The translations under genes were made by a program, and so were the position numbers. The notes below the pieces were generated by a model. It saw nothing but the letters and a program-made list of their open reading frames with translations. It was not told the DNA's origin and ran no database searches. Below are positions 42,634 through 52,595 of a stretch of 64,000 bases of DNA, piece after piece. The stretch's first letter is position 1. Every line of letters starts with the position of its first letter. The stretch is from an uncultured Pseudomonadota bacterium (lineage in GTDB: Bacteria > Pseudomonadota > Gammaproteobacteria > Steroidobacterales > Steroidobacteraceae), in NCBI GenBank assembly GCA_963726045.1, contig CAVSAZ010000011.1, positions 402,252 through 466,251 of the forward strand, in the 5' to 3' direction.

Positions 42634-42748
42634 ACACGACAAGTGTGCCAGAATTAGACAATCGCGGCCACGGCATCGAGGCCGCGCCCAGGACGTGTGG
42701 TACCATGCTCGCGCTCGCCTTCAGGCCATCAGGCCAGCAGCAACTTCG

Positions 42749-43958
42749 ATGAATGGCGGCCATCTCCAGACCGTCGAGCTCGACGATCTCGGCGCCGTGC
42801 GCGTCACGGGAGCCGATGCGGCGCGCTTTCTGCAGGGCCAACTGTCGAACGACCTCGGCCGCGTGAGCGCGCAGCGCTCGGCGTTCGCCGGCCTACACAA
42901 CCCCCAGGGCCGCGCCATCGCACTGCTGCGCATCGTGCAGCTGGCGGCGGGCGATTTTCTCGCGCTGCTGCCGCGCGAGTTGGCGGCGCCGTCGCCGCCC
43001 GCCTGTCGAAATTCGTGCTGCGCGCCAAGGTCGCAGTGACCGACGATTCGCCGGGCTGGCGCCTCACGGGGCTCATCGCATGCGGCTTGAGCTACAGCGA
43101 GCCTGCCTTCGCCAAGGCTTCGGCGGGCAGCCGGCGCCGCTCGCCGGTTATCCGGCGAGCACCGAACGACCAGCGCCGTCTCGGCGACCGAACGGTGATT
43201 TGCGTGGGCGAGCAGCCGGCCAGATGGCTGTTGCTTGCTGCGGCCGCCCATGCGGACTCAGCCGACCAAGGCCAGCCGCAGGACGATATCCTGCGGCACA
43301 GCGTGCCCGTCGGGCGCGAGGTCTGGCGGCAGCTCGACATCATCTCCGGCCTGCCTCAGATCTATGCCGCGACCTCCGAAGAATTCGTGGCGCAGATGTT
43401 GAATCTCGATGTCCTCGGTGCGATCGCCTTCGACAAGGGGTGCTACACCGGACAGGAAGTCATCGCGCGCGCCCATTACCGCGGCCGCGTCAAGCGCCGG
43501 CTGCAGCGGTTCCGCTCGCGCGGACCGCTGGACCTCGGGCCCGGCGACAACGGCGAGTTGGCGGATGGACGCGCCTTCACCGTCGTCGAGGCGATGCGCC
43601 TCGGGGATGGCCGCTGCGAATTTCTGGCCGTGGCGCCGCTGCCCACTACCGAGCCGGAGCTGTCGGCCGCCGGATCGCCCGATGCGATGTTGGAACGTGT
43701 CAGTGCTCCGCTGGGCGTGCGGCCGTCTCACCCGGGGGCGGCGGCACTCGCGCGCTCCAACGTGGGCGCGCCCGCCACGGGGCGGCTCTGCATGCCGCGG
43801 TGTCCTCGGATCTCTCCGCCACCGGAGCGTTCTGGGCGCCTTTCGCAAACTCGCCAGCGGGACCGCGCCGGGCCGGCTCGGAGATGCCGTCGGGCCTCAC
43901 GGAGAAGCTGCCCCACGACATCGATCGTCTCGACCTCCCCTACGCATTGCCGGGCTGA
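42749..43958 (+). CDS. ygfZ: folate-binding Fe-S cluster repair / tRNA-modification protein YgfZ, frameshifted; 3' third unresolved
   Basis: ATG 42749 (MNGGHLQTVELDDLGAVRVTGADAARFLQGQLSNDL) is in ORF 42446..43039. SKFVLRAKV...GLPQIYAATSEEFVAQMLNLDVLGAIAFDKGCYTGQEVIAR (KGCYxGQE motif) is in ORF 42697..43977. A family-like C-terminus RLDLPYALPG ends at 43958 in a third frame. Confidence 0.65.
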
Positions 43959-43973
43959 GATCGCGCCGCACGC

Positions 43974-44794
43974 CTAAAGGTCTATCAGCTCCACCTCGTG
44001 GGGCCGTATGGGCCGCTCCAGGAAGCGGCTGCCGATCCTGGCAAACCTGTCGGCGGCGTCCGTGGCCAGCAGGCGCAGGCGGCTCTTCCCCGCCCGGGAC
44101 GCGAGATTCTGCGCCTCGAGCGTCTGTCGCACGTAACGCGCTGTCGTCTCCGCGGAGTCGACGATGGCGACCCCGGGACCGACGACGGCGCGGATGGAGT
44201 CCGCCAGCATCGGGAAGTGAGTGCAACCCAACACGAGCGTATCGGGACGCGGCACGCCCGTGGGGCTGTTGAAGATCGGCTCGAGGTAATGACGCGCCAC
44301 GCTCTCGGTAATGGCTCCGCGGCAGAGCCCTTCCTCGGCAAGCGCCACGAACAACTGCGCCGGCACCGCGCTGACGCGGGCGTCGCTCCGGCGCCGAACG
44401 ATCGCATCCTGGTATGCGCCGCCGCGCACCGTACCTTCGGTGGCGATGACCGCGATATGACCTGAGCGGGAAGCCAGGCATGCCGCCTCCGCGCCAGGCT
44501 CGATCACGCCGATGACGGGTCCATCACGGATGAGCCCGCTGACCGCGCTGAGCCCCACTGCGGAGGCGGTGTTGCAGGCGATGACCAGACACTTCACACC
44601 GTACCCGGCCAGAGCCTGCGCCGCTTGCCGCGCGTAACGCACGACCGTTTCGGGGCTCTTGGTGCCGTAGGGTAGGCGCGCCGTATCGCCGAGATACACG
44701 AACCGCTCGCCCGGCAGCTGCGTCACGAGTGCCTTGAGCACCGTGAGGCCGCCGACCCCTGAATCGAAGACGCCTATCGGAGCGTCCAGGCGAT

Positions 44795-44798
<4 letters not shown>
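43974..44798 (-). CDS. murI: glutamate racemase
   Basis: ATG 44798 ([21 protein letters not shown]...[11 protein letters not shown]...IACNTAS...LGCTHFP) lies inside ORF 43974..45434. The frame is intact and the start overlaps the lysS TGA (ATGA). Confidence 0.9.
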
Positions 44799-46318
<1,520 letters not shown>

Positions 46319-46323
46319 GCCGG

Positions 46324-47419
46324 TTAGACGCCCGCCTTGAGCGAGGCCTCCATGAATTGATCGAGATCGCCGTCGAGCACCGCGGTGGTGTTGCCCACCT
46401 CGACGCCGGTCCGCAGGTCTTTGATGCGGGACTGGTCGAGAACGTAGGAGCGGATCTGGTTGCCCCAGCTCACATCCGACTTCGAGTCCTCGAGCACCCT
46501 TGCGGCGGCGTTGCGCTTGTTCACTTCGAGCTCGTAGAGCTTCGCCTTCAGCATCTTCATCGCGGTCGAGCGGTTCTTGTGCTGACTGCGCTCGTTCTGG
46601 CAGGCAGCCACTATGCCGGTCGGCACGTGAGTGATGCGCACGGCGGATTCCGTCTTGTTGACGTGCTGGCCGCCTGCGCCCGAGGACCGGTAGACGTCGG
46701 TCTTCAGATCCGCCGGGTTGATATCGATCGCGATGTCGTCATCGATTTCGGGCGAGACGAACACGGATGCGAACGAGGTGTGGCGCCGGTTGCCGGAGTC
46801 GAACGGGGACTTACGGACCAGGCGGTGGACACCGGTCTCGGTCCGCAGCCAGCCGTAGGCGTAGTCACCCTTGAACTCGACCGTCGCGCTCTTCACGCCC
46901 GCCACCTCCCCGGGACTGGAGTCGATCACCTCGCAGGCGAAACCACGCGCCGCGCCCCAGCGCAGGTACATGCGCAGGAGCATCTGCGCCCAGTCCTGCG
47001 CTTCGGTACCGCCGGCACCGGCCTGAATATCGAGAAAAGCGCTGTGCGAGTCCATCTCGCCGCGGAACATGCGCTTCAGCTCGAGACGGCGCACTTCCCC
47101 CTCGAGCCGCTCTGCGTCCTTACCAATGTCCTGGGCGGTGGCCTCATCGCCCTCACCCTCGGCCAGCTCCAGGAGCTCCTCGGCATCGCTGATGCCCTTG
47201 GCGGTGCGATCGATCTCCGTGACGTCGGCGCTGAGACGGGCGCGCTCCTTCCCTAGCTCCTGCGCCCGCTCCGGCTGCGACCAGACGGCAGGATCCTCCA
47301 GCTCCCTTCCTACCTCCTCGAGACGCTCTTTCTTGCGATCGTACTCAAAGAAACCCCCGAAGCGAAGCGGTGCGCTCGCCTAGGTCTTTGAGCTGTCGCT
47401 TGAGCTGGTTGAGTTCCAT
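46324..47419 (-). CDS. prfB: peptide chain release factor 2, with the canonical programmed +1 frameshift
   Basis: ATG 47419 gives [24 protein letters not shown] then TGA. After a +1 shift it reads [12 protein letters not shown]...RRLELKRMF and joins ORF 46324..47094 ([22 protein letters not shown] tripeptide). Confidence 0.9.
47345..47350 (-). other. prfB: prfB programmed +1 frameshift site CTT TGA
   Basis: The minus strand reads cGGGGGtttCTTTGAg. An internal SD-like GGGGG lies 3 nt upstream of the CTT-TGA slippery/stop site, and both frames are conserved around it. Confidence 0.8.
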
Positions 47420-47485
47420 ATTGCACTGCCGGGGAAAGTGAGCGGGACGAGCATGAAGCGGGACCTTGGGAAGCCCGGAATGCTA

Positions 47486-48193
47486 TCAGAACCGCACTCC
47501 GATTCCGAGGCTCACGATCGGATACCACTGCAGGATGTCCGCCTTGTGGCGCAGCTTCGCCTCCTCCGATGCGAGACTGGCTTGCGCCTCGTTGCAGACG
47601 GCAGACCCCGACGGCGCCGCAGGCCCGCACTGCGCATTCAGAGAGACGCTCGGAGTGCCGCCGTAAATGGCGCCAACGTCGAAAAGGAAGTGAATGCGGC
47701 TGTCCTCGCCCGCGGGATTTCCCCAGCCGAAGCCGATATACGGCGACACCGAGTCGCCGAATTTGAGCTGACCGGTGAGGGAGCCGAGCTGCGAGCTCGA
47801 GTACGTATGGCCGCTGATCGTGTAAGTCCCCCGGCTGGGCTCTCCGGTCACGTCGAGCTTCGTATCGTTTCCCGCGACTCCGGCGGTGAGGTGAAAGCTT
47901 CCGTTGAATACATACCAGTCGAGCAACCCGGTCACCGTCGCCAGCTTCAGCCGCCCGGCATAATCGACGTCCGAGGTATCGATGTTGTGGTTGATGTCGA
48001 AGCCACCGAAGCCGACGCGTACGCCGAAGGCGGGCGAAAGCCCGAGATCCAGATCCAGCCCCACGCCCGGCGTGCCGGCGCGCACCGCCATACCAAGATC
48101 CGGGGTCGATGCCAGAGACAGGGCCGGCGCAGCGAGAGTGGCAACGGCCAAACCGGCTGCGGCGATCGCCCACCTTTGAGATATTCGAGTCAT
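47486..48193 (-). CDS. outer-membrane beta-barrel protein (OmpW/porin-like small OMP)
   Basis: ATG 48193 (MTRISQRWAIAAAGLAVATLAAPALSLA, signal peptide) lies in ORF 47486..48259. The sequence has alternating beta-strand character and a C-terminal ...IVSLGIGVRF ending in Phe. The frame is intact. Confidence 0.6.
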   Translation of the reverse strand: MTRISQRWAIAAAGLAVATLAAPALSLASTPDLGMAVRAGTPGVGLDLDLGLSPAFGVRVGFGGFDINHNIDTSDVDYAGRLKLATVTGLLDWYVFNGSFHLTAGVAGNDTKLDVTGEPSRGTYTISGHTYSSSQLGSLTGQLKFGDSVSPYIGFGWGNPAGEDSRIHFLFDVGAIYGGTPSVSLNAQCGPAAPSGSAVCNEAQASLASEEAKLRHKADILQWYPIVSLGIGVRF

Positions 48194-48456
48194 GAGAACC
48201 TCCCGGCTCCGCTGCCTGCCGCGGACCCGCGGCGGCTGCACCTTAGCGGAGCCCTGCAAGCGACACTGCGACGCCGGTCACGTGCGCGGCAAGGAGTGTG
48301 CCGCGATGGTCCCTGCGTCGCGAGTTGGCGACTCGCAACGCATAGGCGCAACGTGCACCAGGACGCCGATGGATAGGTTTTGGTCCAACGTTGATATTGG
48401 CGTCATGTGGCACGTATGGTGAGAATGTCGACGAGTCGGGCACAAACACAGAATAA

Positions 48457-48484
48457 TTGCCGCAATTCGTACTCTTTTTATATT
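48457..48484 (+). promoter_or_regulatory. sigma-70-like promoter candidate for the Uma2 gene
   Basis: TTGCCG (48457-48462), a 16-nt spacer and TATATT (48479-48484) sit in an AT-rich intergenic tract ~60 nt upstream of ATG 48546. Confidence 0.35.
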
Positions 48485-48545
48485 ACAACTCTCTCGCCGT
48501 CGCTCTACACTGCACGCAACATCAGCGCGGGAAGGAGCGCTCGTC

Positions 48546-49235
48546 ATGAACACAATCGACGAGGTCACTGGTCTGGTAGCACGGCTGCGCGAATGCGAAC
48601 AGCGTGAGCTGCTCGCCTGGCTGACTGACTCGCTGGAAGATAGTTGGCGCGTCGCAGAGACCGCTCCGCGGTACGGCACGACGACGGAAGTTCAGGAGAT
48701 ATTCACTTTCGAGGAGTATCTCGCGCTCGAGGAGAGCAGCTCCGACCAGCACGAATACGTGGCGGGTTACATCTACGCCATGTCCGAGGCGCTGGAGCCG
48801 CACAAGGTGATCTCCGGGAACGTCTTTGCCGCATTGCACGGGCACCTGCGTGGATCTCCGTGCCGGCCTTACATTCACAACACGCGGGTGGACATCCGGA
48901 CACGTGGCGAGATCTACTCCTACTACCCGGACATCCTGGTTACCTGTGGTCAGGAGAAGGATGACAAGGGGCGCTTCATTGATCACCGTCTCGTGATAGA
49001 AGTGATGTCACGCTCGACGGAGCGGATCGACCGTCGGGAGAAGGCATTCACCTACCGCGATCTGCCGTCCCTCGAGGAAATCGTGCTGATCTCGCAGAAG
49101 TCCACTCTCGTGACCCTCTTCCGCAGGAACGAGGATTGGACACCAGTGGTCCTGGCTTCGCCCGAGCAGACTTTGGAGCTCAAATCCACCGGCCTCAATC
49201 TGCCGCTGCGGCAGCTCTACGAGGGTCTGCCCTGA
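48546..49235 (+). CDS. Uma2-family (DUF820) putative endonuclease with an N-terminal extension of about 50 aa
   Basis: Intact 229-aa ORF. The Uma2-like core begins at FTFEEYLALEESSSDQHEYVAGYIYAMS and includes YYPDILV and LVIEVMSRST (acidic/Lys nuclease-like residues). The 3' end overlaps the recJ 3' end by 41 nt. Confidence 0.7.
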   Translation: MNTIDEVTGLVARLRECEQRELLAWLTDSLEDSWRVAETAPRYGTTTEVQEIFTFEEYLALEESSSDQHEYVAGYIYAMSEALEPHKVISGNVFAALHGHLRGSPCRPYIHNTRVDIRTRGEIYSYYPDILVTCGQEKDDKGRFIDHRLVIEVMSRSTERIDRREKAFTYRDLPSLEEIVLISQKSTLVTLFRRNEDWTPVVLASPEQTLELKSTGLNLPLRQLYEGLP

Positions 49236-50977
49236 GCCGGCTACGGGCCGGCAGCACGTGATCGACCAGAAGCTGCAGCCGCCGCTCGCCCTGGAATTCG
49301 TTGATGTCCAGCCGATAGACCAGCTGCACCGAGCCCTCCGGCAGCTTGAACGTCGCTTCCTCCTCGATGTGATTGAAGGCGATCGCATCGAAGGAGCGCC
49401 TGCTGCGTGGGGATTCCAGCCACATCTTGAGGTGCCGCTCGCCGACGACACGGGCGCTGCGGATCGCGAACACCCCGTCGAAGCAGGGCTCCGGGAAAGC
49501 CTGGCCCCAAGGGCCACCGGCGCGCAGCGCGTGCGCCGTCTCGAGCGCGATCTCCTCCACCGTCAGCTCGCCGTCGGTCTCGATAGCATCGCTCGGACCA
49601 CACTGCGCCGCCCAGGCGGCGACCTCCTCATCGAAGGCGCGCGCAAAGAAATCGAGCCGCGAGCGCTCGAGCGTCAGGCCGGCCGCCATGGCGTGACCGC
49701 CGAACTTGCCGATGAGCTGCGGATGGCGCGCGTCGAGGTTGGCGAGTACATCGCGGATGTGAATGCCCGGCATGGAGCGCGCCGAGCCGCGCAGCTGCCC
49801 CTCGCCCGCGACCGCGAAAGCGATCACGGGCCGGCGGATCCGGTCCTTGACGCGGCTCGCCACCAGCCCGACCACTCCCTGGTGCCAGCTCTCATCGAAG
49901 AGACAGACGCCACTGCGCTGCGGGGCGCTCGGTCCGGGATCGCGCAAGCAACGCACCGCGGCAAGCGCCTCCGCCTGCATGCGCGCCTCGATCGCCCGCC
50001 GCTCATGGTTGAGCTCATCGAGACGCGACGCAAGCCCGGCAGCCGCGACAATGTCGTCGGCGAGCAGGCACTGAATTCCCACGGTCATATCATCCAGGCG
50101 CCCCGCCGCATTCAGCCGTGGCGCGACGCCGAACGCGAGATCGGCGGCGATGAGGCCGTCCAGAGACCGTCCCGCAATCTCGAACAGGGCCCGAATGCCG
50201 GCGGCGCAGCGGCCGGCACGAATCCGCTTCAATCCCTGCGCTACGAGAACGCGGTTGTTGGCATCCAGCGGCACGAGATCCGCAACCGTGCCCAGGGCGA
50301 CGAGGTCGAGGAATTCAGCGGCGCTCGGCGCCCCAGACGGTGTCAGCCGCTCCTGGTCGAGCCGCCGCTTCAGAGCCGCCATCACATAGAACGCCACCCC
50401 TACGCCCGCCAGCGCGCGGCTCTTGAAGAGACTGCCTGTCAGATTGGGATTGACGATGACATTGGCCGTCGGAAGATCGGCCCCCGGCAGATGATGGTCC
50501 GTGATCAGCACGTCGATGCCCCGCGAGCGCGCTTCCGTAACTCCGGCCGCGCTCGAAATCCCGTTGTCCACCGTGATGATGAGTGATGGCGAGCGCGTGG
50601 CAGCCAGCTTCACGATCTCCGGCGTGAGGCCGTAACCGAACTCGAATCTGTTGGGTACGAGGAAATCGACTGCGGCGAAGCCCCATGCCCGCAGCGCCCT
50701 GACGACGAGCGCGGTGCTGGTGGCGCCATCGGCATCGAAGTCGCCGATCACGAGCACCCGGCCGTGCGCGCGATGCTCGAGCAGCAGATCGACCGCGCCG
50801 GCGATGCTCTCCAGTGTGCTGACCGGCAACAGGCGTTCCAGCGAGAGGTCGAGGTCATCTGGCGTGCGTACGCCGCGGCCGAGATAGATCCGGCGCAGCA
50901 CCGGATGAAGTCCGCCGCCGGTGAGAATCGGATGCGTCCTCTGCGCAGGCCGCGCGCCGCACGACGCGCAGATTCAC
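49195..50977 (-). CDS. recJ: single-stranded-DNA-specific exonuclease RecJ, frame change near 50935
   Basis: ORF 49195..50901 has VIGDFDADGATS, ITVDNG, LITDHH, the DHHA1 region GGHAMAAG and a C-terminal OB region. The N-terminus VNLRVVRRAA begins at GTG 50977, which overlaps the upstream TGA. Confidence 0.85.
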
Positions 50978-52047
50978 GCCAGGCCCTCCAAAACCCCGCG
51001 ATGCGAGCGCAGGTGCCGCCATGGACGCCAGCGGTTCGCGCGGCGAAGACTCCAGCAGCGATCATTCGCCAGCAGGACCAGCCGATCGAGCTCGCCGCGA
51101 CGCAGAGCGGCCAGCGCCGGCGAGATCAGACGGCGGTCGATATCCGCCACCGCGTCGGCCAGTCGCCAGGAAGCATTCGCATGCAGCAATTCGGCAACCT
51201 CCACCACGGCCAGCGCGCGCTGCGCGCGCGGCGCGACGATCACTGCCGCCCAGTCTACCGGCATCGGCCGGGTTTCACCTCCGGCGAGCCGCAAAAGACC
51301 GCGCACATAAGGATCCGACCCGAAGCCCACGTCCATGCATCTCTGGTCGTGCAGCCGCCGCGGCGAGAGATCGCGGATGCGCCGCCGCCCCAAATCCACA
51401 GCGTTGCAACGGTGCAGAGCTCCGCGCCGTGCACGCTCCTCGTTGACAGGGTGATGCGTGCAGCCACATTTCGATTTCCGCGCTGAGTTGCCGCAGCGCA
51501 CGCGCGCCTGCGCCCATCGGGAAGCGCCTCTGCTACGGAAGTCAGCAGCATCCGTGCAGGCTCGGTGGTAGTGGCGGGCGACGACATCTGCGGGCCCGAT
51601 GAGCAGAAGCTCGCCGCCGCGAGCGGGCGCAGATCGAATCCCGAGCCGCGAAAGGTGTCGCGGAAACTCGTCCGCGAGCGTCTCGAGCTCCGCCTCCGGC
51701 AGTCGGAGGATGCTGCGCCTATCGAAGTGCAGGCTCGTCAGGCCCGCGATCAGATGCACGGGCGTTGCCAGCCATACGGCGCCATCGGCCGGCACATCCG
51801 GCGAGCGTCGGCCGCTGCGACACTGGCAGGGCGCCGGAGCGGCGTACTGCGGCAACCCGAGCCAGCGCGCAGTCCAGGCGCGCCACCCTTCGGGCAGCGT
51901 CCGCCTTGTCGCCGAAGCGCGCCGAGATGCTCGATTGCCGGCGCAGTCACGCCTGGGCTCGCGGCGTGATCCGATGATGAGACGGATGGAGCGTCGAGCT
52001 CCGGCTGCCAGATACAGATCCCGAATGACGATGACGATCTCGCGCAC
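50974..52047 (-). CDS. conserved hypothetical protein, possibly RpfE-type regulator / metalloenzyme-superfamily (phosphoglycerate-mutase-like); frameshifted
   Basis: ORF 50974..52047 has IVIVIRDLYL and GAVWLATPVHLIAGLTSLHFDRRSILRLPEAELETLADEF. ORF 51275..51517 and neighbours supply LSAEIEMWLH..HPVNEERARRGALPVNALWIWGGG. The family assignment is from memory only. Confidence 0.35.
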   Translation of the reverse strand: MREIVIVIRDLYLAAGARRSIRLIIGSRREPRRDCAGNRASRRASATRRTLPEGWRAWTARWLGLPQYAAPAPCQCRSGRRSPDVPADGAVWLATPVHLIAGLTSLHFDRRSILRLPEAELETLADEFPRHLSRLGIRSAPARGGELLLIGPADVVARHYHRACTDAADFRSRGASRWAQARVRCGNSARKSKCGCTHHPVNEERARRGALHRCNAVDLGRRRIRDLSPRRLHDQRCMDVGFGSDPYVRGLLRLAGGETRPMPVDWAAVIVAPRAQRALAVVEVAELLHANASWRLADAVADIDRRLISPALAALRRGELDRLVLLANDRCWSLRRANRWRPWRHLRSHRGVLEGLA

Positions 52048-52067
52048 GGGCGCTATCGTAGCGTCTC

Positions 52068-52441
52068 ATGAAGTTCACTTTGGAAAGCAGCTCGCGAGTG
52101 AACCTGGTGCGCGCCTACTCGCGGGCGGAGCTGCGGATAGGCGAAGAGCTCGTGCGCTCGAGCTGCATCGTGTCCGCCGACCGGTTGATCACCGACTGGC
52201 CGCCGGCGCGGTTCGAAGCCTTCAGGACCCGAGCACTTACAGGCGATTTTTGATCTCGAGCCTGAAGTCGTGCTGCTCGGCACCGGCGAGCGGCAGCGCT
52301 TCCCGCCGGCGGACATCAGGGCGGCGTTCGCCGCACGGCGCGTCGGGCTGGAAGTGATGGATCTGGGCGCGGCCTGCCGGACTTACAACATCCTGGTGCA
52401 GGAGGAACGGCAGCGCGGTCGCAGCGCTGTTCCTGGAGTAG
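52068..52441 (+). CDS. Mth938-like domain protein (DUF498, NDUFAF3-like), two frame changes
   Basis: MKFTLESSSRVNLVRAYSRAELRIGEELVRSSCIVSADRLITDWPP (ORF 52068..52253) is followed by PEVVLLGTGERQRFPPADIRAAFAARRVGLEVMDLGAACRTYNILVQEERQ (ORF 52270..). The tail VAAALFLE ends at TAG 52439-52441. Confidence 0.6.
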
Positions 52442-52452
52442 CAGCAGAGAAT

Positions 52453-52481
52453 TTCTTCCGGCGGCAGAGCCGCCGGAAGAA
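52453..52481 (+). terminator. perfect 13-bp GC-rich hairpin, possible terminator
   Basis: ttcttccggcggc-aga-gccgccggaagaa starts 12 nt after the DUF498 stop. No clear U-tract follows on the plus strand. On the minus strand it is followed by AUUCUCU. Confidence 0.4.
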
Positions 52482-52499
52482 GACACAGGGGGAGGGGCA

Positions 52500-52595
52500 T
52501 CAACCAACCGACCCATCATCCGAAGCTGACAGACTGCGGACGACGGACTGCTTTTTTTCTTGTGCGTCGCTCTGTTGTTGCTTTTGTTTCGGCAT
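52500..52595 (-). CDS. candidate 31-aa small protein (MPKQKQQQSDAQEKKQSVVRSLSASDDGSVG)
   Basis: The minus strand reads cacaGGGAGGAGGGG-ATG, a strong SD abutting the start, with a stop at TGA 52500-52502. The ORF is too short for the ORF track and has no recognisable family. It lies in an otherwise non-coding, lower-GC island. Confidence 0.2.
   Translation of the reverse strand: MPKQKQQQSDAQEKKQSVVRSLSASDDGSVG

Noticed and set aside
52551-52557. The T7 run as the tail of an intrinsic terminator for the DUF498 gene.
   Set aside because: The preceding sequence (gactgcggacgacggactgc) is a direct repeat rather than an inverted repeat. I could form at most a 4-bp stem.
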